From positions 1 to 64,000 of the IMG/VR virus record IMGVR_UViG_3300048893_000042: a stretch of DNA of 64,000 bases. One strand, given 5' to 3'. The DNA is from a virus. Lineage: Duplodnaviria; Caudoviricetes. Positions 37,670 through 46,722 of the stretch are shown one piece after another (position 1 is the stretch's first letter; each line of letters starts with the position of its first letter). The translations under genes were made by a program, and so were the position numbers. The notes beneath the pieces were generated by a model. That model did not search any database, was not told the DNA's origin, and worked only from the letters and a program-made list of their open reading frames with translations.

Positions 37670-39691
37670 TCAGTGAGCCCTCGTGATCCAGCTGCTGGTG
37701 CGGATCGACTGCTGCTGGCGCTGGACCACTGCAGCGGGGGGAACGCGTGCCGGCGCTGGGGGTGGTGGTACCTCATGGATCGCATGGTGGAGGCGGTCCA
37801 GGCGGAGGCGGCGCACGTGGTACAGGCCCCACAGTGCCGTGTAGGCGTACACCCGGGTGTCCAGGGCCTCGTTCGACTTGTGGTTGGAGATGGTCCAGCG
37901 GCGCACCATGGCACCGCCCCGGCGCTCCACCACCAGGCGCTCGGACGTCAGCTGGTCAAAATAGGCACTTGGCCGCCCGGTCGGGAAGTGGCAGAACCCT
38001 GGCCCGGGTTCCTTGATCAGCAGGCGCTGGCGCACCGCCTCCTTGGCGGCGCTCACCCCGATGATGATTGGTCGGTAGCCCGCCCTGTACCTCTTGTTCT
38101 TCTGGAGGGCAGGCCATATGGGAGACCACTGCTCGCGGTCACTGGACCCCTTGATTGCCCACACATTCCGGCCCGTGCGCTGGCGTGCGAAGTTGTACGC
38201 CTCCTGGGTGTTGTGCCCGCCGCTGTCCACGCACACCGCTCGGATGGACATCGGTCGTCCGTCCTGGCGGGTCATGGGCGTCAGCAGGTACTCATCCAGC
38301 TCATCCCACACCTTCGACTGGGCTGGGTCCCCCGTGAACACCTGGTAATCCAGTGACCAGCTCTCCTCCCCCAGGCCCCATCCAACGGCCTCCAGCTCGA
38401 TCCGGCCCTCCTGGCCGCCGGTCGTGCTCGGGTGGATGTCCACACCCACAGTGATGACCAGCACCTCATCGGGCACCTGCTCCCATGTCTCACGGCGCGC
38501 CATGAGGGTCGTGGGGTCTGCCTCCTTGGTGGCCTCCACCCGGTAGGGCAGTGCGAGCTGGGTGTTGTAGAAGGTCTGGGTCGATTCGATGTCCTTCTTG
38601 GCCTCCAGCCACGCCGCCGCCAGCTCACCCATGGTCAGGAGGGGACTGTACAGCTTGGACGCGGTGAAGCCTGCGTGCTGGTTGCTCACCGTCCTGGACC
38701 CACAGTGGACACAGGTGGCCCAGCCAACCTGGTTCTCAGTGTCCCACTCCCATGAGCGGGTCTGCCTGGGGTCCTGGCCCTCGCCGCAGCACACGAAGGT
38801 GCGGGTCTGGTGCCAGCGGATCGTGTGCAGGGCCTGGATGCGCTGCTGCTCGCTCCAGCCGGCCCCACAGTGCTCACAGAAGACCTGGGCCTGCTGGGAG
38901 TAGTGGATGCCACCCTTCTTGGGCCACTGAACATGGCGGAAGAACTCCAGGGTCTGTGACTCACCGCAGTGGGGGCACGTGACATAGGCCCGGCGCTGGT
39001 CACTTTCCTGATATGAGCGGTAGATGCGGCTTGTCTCTTCCCACGTGGGTGAGCAGGACCGTATGGACAGGCGGTTGCGGAAGGTGGATGACCGCTCCTC
39101 AGCCAGCTTGATCGGGTCGCCTTCCTTCGTCACCTCATACTTGTCCACCTCGTCCAGCAGCGTGATCCTGATCGCCCGCATGGCCAGGTTGGTCGGCGAG
39201 CCGGCGCTGGCTATGGCGAGGAAGCCGCCTGGGAAGGCCTTGAACCTGAGGGTGTCGTCGGTCCTGCGCGTCCTGCGGTCTCCCATCACCTCCCGCAGCA
39301 CAGGAGTGGCGGTGATCATCGGGGCCAGCCTCTCCTTGGAGAAGGCGTCCACCGCCTCGTCCTTGGGCAGGACCATCAGCATGGGGCAGGGGTCCAGGTG
39401 GGCCTGCCGCCCAATCACGTTGAGCAGCAGCTCTGTCTTCAGCAGCTGGGTGGCCACCATGACCGTGATGATCTGGACACCCGGCTCGGTCGTGGACATC
39501 ATCGGCCCACGGGCCACCTCATGCCGGCTGGTGCGCCACGCACCCCCGACAGCACCCGAGGACATCGACAGCCGGCGGTTGGTGTCAGCCCACTCAGGCA
39601 GCCGCATCTTGACCGGGGGTCGCAGGCTCCGCTGCACCGCCAGCGCGACCATGGCCCGCATCTCGGCCTGGGCCTCACGCGGCGTCCGCAT
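37670..39691 (-). CDS. terminase large subunit (lambda GpA family)
   Basis: VATQLLKTE, LDEVDKY, CSPT, CPHCG zinc motif, TVGVD, DSGG, NEALDTRVYA. Confidence 0.95.
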   Translation of the reverse strand: MRTPREAQAEMRAMVALAVQRSLRPPVKMRLPEWADTNRRLSMSSGAVGGAWRTSRHEVARGPMMSTTEPGVQIITVMVATQLLKTELLLNVIGRQAHLDPCPMLMVLPKDEAVDAFSKERLAPMITATPVLREVMGDRRTRRTDDTLRFKAFPGGFLAIASAGSPTNLAMRAIRITLLDEVDKYEVTKEGDPIKLAEERSSTFRNRLSIRSCSPTWEETSRIYRSYQESDQRRAYVTCPHCGESQTLEFFRHVQWPKKGGIHYSQQAQVFCEHCGAGWSEQQRIQALHTIRWHQTRTFVCCGEGQDPRQTRSWEWDTENQVGWATCVHCGSRTVSNQHAGFTASKLYSPLLTMGELAAAWLEAKKDIESTQTFYNTQLALPYRVEATKEADPTTLMARRETWEQVPDEVLVITVGVDIHPSTTGGQEGRIELEAVGWGLGEESWSLDYQVFTGDPAQSKVWDELDEYLLTPMTRQDGRPMSIRAVCVDSGGHNTQEAYNFARQRTGRNVWAIKGSSDREQWSPIWPALQKNKRYRAGYRPIIIGVSAAKEAVRQRLLIKEPGPGFCHFPTGRPSAYFDQLTSERLVVERRGGAMVRRWTISNHKSNEALDTRVYAYTALWGLYHVRRLRLDRLHHAIHEVPPPPAPARVPPAAVVQRQQQSIRTSSWITRAH

Positions 39692-40187
39692 AGTCCACCT
39701 GGTCGAGGGTGAGTTCGGTCAGGGCCTCACGGACCTCATCGGCGATCAGGCGCTCAACGGCACCCTCGTCCTGCAGGGCTGCGACCTCTGCGGCGATCCT
39801 GCCCGGCATGGCCAGCAGGCGCTGGCGAACATGGGCGAGCTGGTCTTCGAGGAGCACCTTGACCTCATCGACATAGACCGTCTGCCCCAGCTTCTGGGCC
39901 AGCTCGAACTCCTTGAGCTGCGCCGTGGCCAGGGATGAGCGCCGCCGGCCCTCTTCGGCCTCAGTCTTGGCAGGGTCTGCAGTGGCCCGGCCACGGCCCA
40001 GGGCCTCGCGCTCACGGACCCAGGCGAAGACCTGAGAGGTGTCGAGCTGGTACGAGATGCCCGGGCCACCCTTCCTCACGACAGGGCAGCCGGCGCGGAT
40101 GTAGTTCATCACAACGGTGTCGCTGACACCCAGGAGCTGGGCCAGCTCATCCTTCGTGACGATCTGACCTCCGTCAATCCTGGCCAT
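39675..40187 (-). CDS. terminase small subunit (Nu1-like)
   Basis: N-terminal wHTH VTKDELAQLLGVS......GCP; KLGQ.V.VDE; RLLAMPGR. Confidence 0.85.
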   Translation of the reverse strand: MARIDGGQIVTKDELAQLLGVSDTVVMNYIRAGCPVVRKGGPGISYQLDTSQVFAWVREREALGRGRATADPAKTEAEEGRRRSSLATAQLKEFELAQKLGQTVYVDEVKVLLEDQLAHVRQRLLAMPGRIAAEVAALQDEGAVERLIADEVREALTELTLDQVDYADAA

Positions 40188-40189
40188 CA

Positions 40190-41188
40190 GGGAGCCTTTT
40201 GACCACTTTTGAAATTTGGTTGCTGGTGTGGAGATGTGCTTCGCCTGACCCACATAGCGCCGCACCTGCAACAGGGACCCGCAGGTGGTGGGTGTCTCCC
40301 TGGGGGTGCGCAGGTCCGGGTCTACTCCAGCCCAACAGAATCACTCCTCAAGACTCAGCACAGGGGTGACAAGCACGCTACCCTATAGCAAACAACTACC
40401 CAAAGTAAAGCCCCCATTTTAGTTGATGATAAATATATCTCTCCCAACAACACCAGGTGTCTCTTGAGTATTGACCCGAGACATTACTTCACCTCATCAA
40501 CATACAGTCCTCAACTCATGTATCCGATCCCTCATCTTACCCTGTCAATCAAGCACTCGGCATACACCAGTCACCTGCTCAATACCCTTGTGACCTAGTT
40601 CTCCAACAACAACGGGGGAGGTCAGTCGCCTCTCCCTCAAACAACAACCGTGAGCATCACCAGCACGACACTCGTCATATACTCAACCTATCCAAGATGA
40701 GTATTGTTCTTGGGTGGAGGAAGACCTGACGAATACTCAACACTCAACACCGCACATCCAGGTGAGGTTATTGGTTATTGAAACGCTGCGCGCGATCGGG
40801 AAGCGCGCGCGCCGCGACCCGTAAGGAACCAATAACTAATAGCGCGGGCAATTTCCCCCGTCTCTTCAGTGGCTTAGTGGGTATTAGAAAGTTATTGCCC
40901 GCAGGCCCCACAATAACCACTTTACCTTTCCGCACATGGACTTACGCACCTGAAGTTTATAGCACCCCACTCGTGCTCTACCTCCGATAACCCAGTTATC
41001 ACGCCTTCCACGCTACATACAGGCCACAGTCCGCTACCTACACGATATTTTCGCAACCGGCAGTAGAACGTCCGCAGGACTCATCTCTACCTCCGCGCGA
41101 CGCAGCGAGGCCCTTGCCTTCCCGAGCAGTCGGCGCTAGGCTGCGTAGTGCGAGAACTACCCGTAGCGATGCTCATGGAGGGGACGCC
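40190..41188. other. 1-kb non-coding region, candidate cos site and divergent late/early control region
   Basis: No credible ORF; lower GC; C/A-skewed plus strand; several inverted repeats; minus-strand GGGTCCC near 40275-40281; minus-strand TTTACT-16-TATAGG at 40409-40382. Confidence 0.55.
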
Positions 41189-41710
41189 ATGATTTCAAGC
41201 ACTTACGACAGGCTCAGTGCACCAGCGAGGCTCTACCTCACCTCAAGCCTGGGTATTAGAAAGACGGCACGCAATATCGAATTCAATAACCTCAAGCCGG
41301 TGTCGGCGATGGTGGAGGAGGCGCACCTCGACCAGGTGGACATCGCCCTCATGCTCCTTCGCGCGAACTACCTCAGCGATGTCGAGCTGCTGGTGGGGCA
41401 CGCGGTCACGGTGTGCCCGCCCGGCGAGGCCAGGGGCCTCAGGGCTGAGACCCTCCAGGACCGTGCCGACTGGCTCGATGACTGGCTGCGCCGGCACCCT
41501 GACCCCTGGGAGATCGACAACTGGAGGGTCGTCCACCGTGCTCCCGACCCGCCGCCCAACGCCAACTCTGAGCAGGCCGCAGCCCACCGCCTGGTGCGCA
41601 TCGGCTACACCGTGCGGCAGCTGATCGTGCGTGGCTTCACCTATGAGGACATCGAGGTGTCGCAGCGCCACAGCTGGATGCGCCTCGCCCCGCAGCAGGT
41701 GCCGGCATGA
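41189..41710 (+). CDS. hypothetical protein
   Basis: RBS GGAGGG before ATG 41189; C-terminal G.TVRQL..RG.T..DI...W pattern. Confidence 0.65.
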   Translation: MISSTYDRLSAPARLYLTSSLGIRKTARNIEFNNLKPVSAMVEEAHLDQVDIALMLLRANYLSDVELLVGHAVTVCPPGEARGLRAETLQDRADWLDDWLRRHPDPWEIDNWRVVHRAPDPPPNANSEQAAAHRLVRIGYTVRQLIVRGFTYEDIEVSQRHSWMRLAPQQVPA

Positions 41711-42120
41711 TCACCCTCATTCCCGGACACATGTACAAGGTCCGCAGCTACCCCGCCCGCGAGGTGGATGGTCCTTTCCGCTTCCACGCCACCAATCCCA
41801 TCATCTTCCGCCACCGGGTCGGTGACGAGTACCCTGGCAACAGGGGTGACCCGTTCGACGGCACCACGACGCAGGAGCTGCTGCGTGTGATCATCGCCCG
41901 CACGAAGTACGTGGACCAGCAGCAGCCGGACCCGGCGAACGGCACCGTTCTGGGATGTGCCCGCGCAGCCATCGCTGCCCTGGAGACACGCGCTGCGCAG
42001 CGCCGGGGTCCAGGCTACCTCGCACTGTTCCGGCAGGAGCTCGCCCTCTGGGAGCTGGACATCGAGGACGCCGCACCGTGCACCACCTGCGGGCACATCT
42101 TCTGCGGGAGGCACAAGTGA
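41707..42120 (+). CDS. Tad1/Acb2-like helical-hairpin protein (candidate immune-signal sponge)
   Basis: G-x5-LL-x5-R-x12-N-x3-L-x5-A-x6-R-x3-R pattern (DGTTTQELLRVIIARTK...ANGTVL.....AIAALETRAAQR). Confidence 0.55.
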   Translation: MITLIPGHMYKVRSYPAREVDGPFRFHATNPIIFRHRVGDEYPGNRGDPFDGTTTQELLRVIIARTKYVDQQQPDPANGTVLGCARAAIAALETRAAQRRGPGYLALFRQELALWELDIEDAAPCTTCGHIFCGRHK

Positions 42121-43166
42121 GCGGCAGGGCGCACCCCCTCAAGCACCACCGTGAGACGATGCAGTGGCTCAAGGACTACGGTGCGACGGACGTCAGGTTC
42201 GACCCGACGCATGACCACCCGCGCCTCACGTACCACTTCCGGGGCACCTCGCGCACCCTGTCGCTCGCGCGCACCCCATCAGACGTCAACCACATGCGGG
42301 TGCTGAAGCGCCGGCTGCGTGCCGAGCTGGGTGACCCCGTCACCCGGCACCCCAGGGACAGGAGGAAGCTGGCCGACATGGATCCACAGGTCACCCCAGG
42401 CATCACTCATGACCACAACGGGTCGGTCGCCTACTACAACAACGGCAGCCTGCGGTTCTTCCCACCGGATGACTTCTTCGAGGTGGGCACGTCGGTGAGC
42501 ATCGAGCACCTGGGTCGTGACGCCCGGGGCATCGTCTGGGCTGTGCGGTCCGTCAAGACCCCAGCACCCGGCGAGAAGGCACCCACGGTGCGGCCTGATG
42601 GCTCAGCCAAGACGTTCGAGAAGCACCTGTCGGCCATGCACTCTGGCCTCGCGCTCGGTCTGGAGAAGCCCACGGGTCGCTCCCCGGCTGTGTGGGTGCA
42701 GGCAGACCCCACCACGTGGATGGTGCACTTCGACCCGGCCAACCGGCAGGTCGGCCCAAACATGGGTTCATCCGTCGCCCGCCGCAAGCCACCGCCACCA
42801 CAGCCGGCCCACCAGCCGGCACCAGCACCTGCCAACTGGGCTCATGGACCGGTCCACATCCCAAATGTCGGACCGTACCATCCAGGCAACCCCAGGCACT
42901 GCGTGAAGTGCGGGAAGGTCGGGAACTGGCATATGACGGAACTGTGCCCGGGGGAACCACCACCCCAGCACCCGGTATTCGGTGATCACTACGTCGCCAG
43001 CGAGGTCATCTCACGCCTGGGTGCCGAGGACGCGATGGAGTTCTGCCTGGACCTCATCGCCGACCTGGAGGCCCTGGGCACCCACCACCTGATCCTCGAC
43101 AAGGCCACCCGCGAGCGGGCCTTCAGCCCGGTCGGGAAGGTCATCCGCCGGAGGCCACGGGCATGA
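42117..43166 (+). CDS. multidomain protein with N-terminal HicA-like domain
   Basis: GTG start overlapping the upstream stop; HPRLTYHF...LSLARTPSD....LKRRL; Pro-rich linker; CVKC..H..C. Confidence 0.55.
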   Translation: MSGRAHPLKHHRETMQWLKDYGATDVRFDPTHDHPRLTYHFRGTSRTLSLARTPSDVNHMRVLKRRLRAELGDPVTRHPRDRRKLADMDPQVTPGITHDHNGSVAYYNNGSLRFFPPDDFFEVGTSVSIEHLGRDARGIVWAVRSVKTPAPGEKAPTVRPDGSAKTFEKHLSAMHSGLALGLEKPTGRSPAVWVQADPTTWMVHFDPANRQVGPNMGSSVARRKPPPPQPAHQPAPAPANWAHGPVHIPNVGPYHPGNPRHCVKCGKVGNWHMTELCPGEPPPQHPVFGDHYVASEVISRLGAEDAMEFCLDLIADLEALGTHHLILDKATRERAFSPVGKVIRRRPRA

Positions 43167-43333
43167 CACTGGAGCAGGTGCGCTGTGCCATGGCCAAGAC
43201 CGCCCGCGACCCCAGCCGGCCGCAGCTGGCTCAGGGGCTGGACCTGCGCACCGACCGCTGCCAGGCCTACCTCAGCGTCCTCAGGCACAGCACACGCTGC
43301 TGGGACGAGTTCCACATCGACAGGTGGAAGTGA
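43163..43333 (+). CDS. 56-aa hypothetical protein
   Basis: Manual translation; ATGA and TGATG overlaps. Confidence 0.5.
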   Translation: MTLEQVRCAMAKTARDPSRPQLAQGLDLRTDRCQAYLSVLRHSTRCWDEFHIDRWK

Positions 43334-43698
43334 TGAGGCGCTGCTGGGAGGTGGTGCGGGCGCTGCTGCTCGCCCACGAGCACCCACCCTTCAGGCCGGC
43401 GGACGTGGCCCGCAGCCTTGAGCTGCCGGAGCAGCTGGTCAAGGAGAACATGCTCATGCTCGATGGCTCCGGCCTCGTGGAGCCCAACCTGCTGCTAACC
43501 ACGTCTGAGGGTGGAAGCCGCGAGCCGGTGGAGGCCTTCGGCACCCTGACGTGGCGAGGCATGGAGCTGCTGGACATAATCCGCCATCCCACCCACTGGG
43601 AGCGCGTCGTCCAGGCCTCACTCCACCACGGGGTGCCCCTCACCGAGGAGACCATCAGGCTGATCGCCCACAGCTCATTCATGAGGAGGCTCGATTGA
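43333..43698 (+). CDS. DUF2513-like winged-helix protein
   Basis: MRRCWEVVRALLL...LTWRGMELLDIIR....W. Confidence 0.7.
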   Translation: MRRCWEVVRALLLAHEHPPFRPADVARSLELPEQLVKENMLMLDGSGLVEPNLLLTTSEGGSREPVEAFGTLTWRGMELLDIIRHPTHWERVVQASLHHGVPLTEETIRLIAHSSFMRRLD

Positions 43699-43934
43699 GA
43701 GGTGCCCCACCCGGTCGCCCACGCGGTGGCGCAGCGTTCCTGTGCCCCGCCTGCCTCACCACGTCGCAGGTCGCTGAGACGCGCCGCATGGAGGGTGGTG
43801 TGACGGTCCGCCGCCGCCGCGTGTGCATCAACGGTCACTCGTTCTGGACCCAGGAGGACTGCCTGGAACCCCAGGTCGGCATCACAGCCCCGTGGCTCCA
43901 GGCCGCGCGCTCGGGCAGCAGGTCACCACCATGA
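43695..43934 (+). CDS. NrdR-like zinc-ribbon protein
   Basis: CPAC...SQVAETR...GVTVRRRRVCINGHSFWTQE; TTG after GAGGAGG. Confidence 0.7.
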   Translation: MRGAPPGRPRGGAAFLCPACLTTSQVAETRRMEGGVTVRRRRVCINGHSFWTQEDCLEPQVGITAPWLQAARSGSRSPP

Positions 43935-44107
43935 GCCGCTTCATGGCCTGGTACATCTTCTGGTCCATCGCCTTTGGTGTGATGGCCGAGTACAAGCTGC
44001 TCCACCCCGACAGCACCCCACTGCGGAGCATCGCTGCCGGGGTCGTCTGGCCCGTGGGCGCAGGCTTCCTCCTGGAGCACCACATCTACCACACACTCAG
44101 CAAGTAG
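43931..44107 (+). CDS. small membrane protein
   Basis: Two hydrophobic segments. Confidence 0.6.
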   Translation: MSRFMAWYIFWSIAFGVMAEYKLLHPDSTPLRSIAAGVVWPVGAGFLLEHHIYHTLSK

Positions 44108-44121
44108 GGAGAGCTGTCGAG

Positions 44122-44361
44122 ATGTCACCCAAGGTCGCAGCCGGTGCCGGTGCAGCCGGCGCATCGTCACCCCTGTCCATCATCGTCATCTGGCTGATTG
44201 GCCTGACCCACGTCACCCTGCCGCCAGAGGTGGCCGTGGCCATCGGGTCGCTGGTGGCCGCCGGGGCCTCGCTGCTGGCAGGCTACCTGGTGCCCCATGA
44301 CCCAACCACCGCTCGCCTGATCGCTGAGGATGCAGCCAAGAATGGCCAGGGCAATGTTTGA
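44122..44361 (+). CDS. two-TM holin-like membrane protein
   Basis: KVAAG..AG....IIVIWL....LPPEVAVAI..L......GYLVP. Confidence 0.55.
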   Translation: MSPKVAAGAGAAGASSPLSIIVIWLIGLTHVTLPPEVAVAIGSLVAAGASLLAGYLVPHDPTTARLIAEDAAKNGQGNV

Positions 44362-45307
44362 GACCACAACCATCGACACTGAGACCACGGGCATGGAGCC
44401 TCATGACGTGGTCATCGAGATGGCCGCAGTCCGCCGTGACTGGCACTACCACTTCATGGTCAACCCGGGTGACGTGCCCGTGGTCCCTGAGGCCCGGGCG
44501 GCACACCACATCACCGATGCTGAGCTGGCCGTCTGTGCCACCGCAGAGGTGTGGCTGCCGACCGTCATGGAGCTGACCGGCAGGCCAGACCATGTGCTAG
44601 TGTTCCACAACGCGGAGTTCGACACCCGCATGATCCAGCAGACCTGGCCGCAGATCGGTGGCGCACCACACATCTGCACCTACCGCTGCTCGCTCCAGCT
44701 CTGGCCCGACGCACCCAGCCACTCGAACCAGGTGCTGCGCTACTGGCTGAGCCTCCACGTGGAGAAGACCCGCCTCCACCCACACCGCGCCCTGCCCGAC
44801 GCCCTGGTGACTCACGCCCTCGTGATGCGCATGATCGAGGACCTAGTGTATGGGCGGAACGAGCACGTCCGGCTGCCCGATCTCCCAGCGGAGGAGCTGC
44901 GGGACGCGGCCATAGAACGCCTCGTGCACCTTACCACAGCCCCGGTCGTCCTCCACCGCGTCCGCTTCGGGAAGCACCAGGGTCTGCTCTGGAAGGATGT
45001 GCCCCGCGACTACCTCCAGTGGATCATCCGCCAGGCGGACTTCGACCGTGACGTGCTCCACACAGCCCGCACCCTGATTGGCAGCCCCCCGGCCACGCCA
45101 GCGGGGGAGCACGCATGGCTGGGTCAGCGGTTCTGCCTGGTCATGAACCTGGAACAGGATGGGTTCGGGTCCGAGCTGGGTGACTACACCGCCCACCAGG
45201 GTCAGGTCGTCACCGTCACCCGCGAGCTGCCCGACAGCATGGTGGCTGTGCAGGCCTCAGACGGCTGGGTGGGCAACGTGTTCAAGAATGAGCTGAGGGC
45301 GCCATGA
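44354..45307 (+). CDS. DEDDh 3'-5' exonuclease (ExoX-like) with DUF3820-like domain
   Basis: IDTETTG, HNAEFD, HRALPDA; FGKHQG..WKDVPRDYLQW. Confidence 0.85.
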   Translation: MFETTTIDTETTGMEPHDVVIEMAAVRRDWHYHFMVNPGDVPVVPEARAAHHITDAELAVCATAEVWLPTVMELTGRPDHVLVFHNAEFDTRMIQQTWPQIGGAPHICTYRCSLQLWPDAPSHSNQVLRYWLSLHVEKTRLHPHRALPDALVTHALVMRMIEDLVYGRNEHVRLPDLPAEELRDAAIERLVHLTTAPVVLHRVRFGKHQGLLWKDVPRDYLQWIIRQADFDRDVLHTARTLIGSPPATPAGEHAWLGQRFCLVMNLEQDGFGSELGDYTAHQGQVVTVTRELPDSMVAVQASDGWVGNVFKNELRAP

Positions 45308-45561
45308 AGATGACCCCCTGGTGGCATGCCCTGCGGCCCTCGGTCACGCCCAATCAGAAGCGCAGCCGTATGCTCAAGATCGTGCTGGACAACGTCGCGC
45401 GAGGTCACCCATCAGGTCGCCACAGCGCCCTCGGTCACACCCTGCCGTACCTCATCTGCGGCCTGGAGGAGCGGAAGGTGCCGTACCAGATCAATGCGAT
45501 GCCTGGCGTGGGGTACACGATCCAGGGCATGCCGCCGCTTGTTCCTCAGGAAGATGAGTGA
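45304..45561 (+). CDS. hypothetical protein
   Basis: ATGA overlap with the exonuclease. Confidence 0.55.
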   Translation: MKMTPWWHALRPSVTPNQKRSRMLKIVLDNVARGHPSGRHSALGHTLPYLICGLEERKVPYQINAMPGVGYTIQGMPPLVPQEDE

Positions 45562-45661
45562 TCTACTTTGTCCATGAGAACTCGTCAGGTATATCCTCAA
45601 GTAATTCCACGCACCGGGGTGCACGGCATGCCCATCACTTGGGGATATTCTGGTCCAAGAC

Positions 45662-45781
45662 ACCCAGTTCTTCCCATTACTTGACCATGAATACTGAATA
45701 ACCCCAAGTTTCACTAGGAACCAAGGTCACCTGCACTACCCTGCATGAGTTTGTGCCACCGTGCTCCTCCGCCAGCGGAGG
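45662..45781 (+). repeat. 120-bp element A (inverted partner of 63281-63400)
   Basis: 90/120 ungapped identities to the reverse complement of 63281-63400 (hand count). Confidence 0.85.
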
Positions 45782-45803
45782 GGACGTATGATGGAGATCA
45801 CCC

Positions 45804-45965
45804 TTGAAGCGATTGCCTGAGGCAGTGTTCATCATCTGTGCCTTCGTCTACCTGGTGCTGACCGATGACGGCAGCAGCTGGTCGAGAGGCTACCTGTGGG
45901 GCAGCGCCCAGCCAACGCACAGGCCCCTGATCGTTGTCATTGCTGAACGTCTGGAGAGGAAGTGA
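45804..45965 (+). CDS. 53-aa membrane protein
   Basis: Manual translation MKRLPEAVFIICAFVYLVLT...; TTG start. Confidence 0.5.
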   Translation: MKRLPEAVFIICAFVYLVLTDDGSSWSRGYLWGSAQPTHRPLIVVIAERLERK

Positions 45966-46126
45966 TGCTGCGTGTCATTGTCCTGATCCTGCTGCTGCTC
46001 GTGCTGGCCGCACTCATCAATGAGGAGGGGCAGGTTGAGCTGTGTGCGAAGGCCACACTCATGACCTGGCGGCAGTGCTTCAATGATCGCCACCCGGCGC
46101 TCCGTGTCACCACACCAGAGGACTGA
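45965..46126 (+). CDS. 53-aa membrane/secreted protein
   Basis: MLRVIVLILLLLVLAALIN...; TGATG overlap. Confidence 0.55.
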   Translation: MLRVIVLILLLLVLAALINEEGQVELCAKATLMTWRQCFNDRHPALRVTTPED

Positions 46127-46132
46127 GACATC

Positions 46133-46378
46133 ATGAGGAAGGTCACACGATACCCCCTGCCGGCCACGGCGGGTCGCTTCACCATCGTCACGCCCGGGGG
46201 TGCCCAGTTCATCGGCATCACCGCCCAGAGCATCCACGCGCTCGCCGACACCAGCCGGCCTGAGGTACCACGCACCCTGCTGCTCGTGGACACGGAGCAG
46301 AACATCCCAGGCCGCAGCCGGCTGGCCCACATCGGCACCTCTGGAAATCGCCACCTGTTCGAGGAGAACCCAAGGTGA
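46133..46378 (+). CDS. hypothetical protein
   Basis: Tiled plus-strand ORF. Confidence 0.55.
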   Translation: MRKVTRYPLPATAGRFTIVTPGGAQFIGITAQSIHALADTSRPEVPRTLLLVDTEQNIPGRSRLAHIGTSGNRHLFEENPR

Positions 46379-46722
46379 GCATGCGCCCGATCAGCCCGCT
46401 GGACATCTCAGGGGACCAGCGCAGCACCGACCTGCCCGACCGGGTGATTGAGGTGTGGAACCGCCTGATCGCACAGAACCACAACGGCACCATGTCCACC
46501 GTGCTCCAGGTGGACGCGGTGGCCGCGATGCGTGACCTGGTGCCTCCTGACTTCCCGCGCTCGGCGGCAGCCTTCATGATCGAGCAGGGCTGGCTGGACA
46601 TCGAGCCGGTCTACCGCGCCCAGGGGTGGGAGGTCACCTACCACAAGCCTGCTGCCGAGGAGCACCCGGCGCGCTTCACGTTCTATGGCTCAGCGAGGAA
46701 GAAGCATGAAGAAGGCAGATGA
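46375..46722 (+). CDS. conserved phage hypothetical protein
   Basis: PDRVIEVWNRLI...GWLDIEPVYRAQGWEV.Y.KP. Confidence 0.7.
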   Translation: MSMRPISPLDISGDQRSTDLPDRVIEVWNRLIAQNHNGTMSTVLQVDAVAAMRDLVPPDFPRSAAAFMIEQGWLDIEPVYRAQGWEVTYHKPAAEEHPARFTFYGSARKKHEEGR

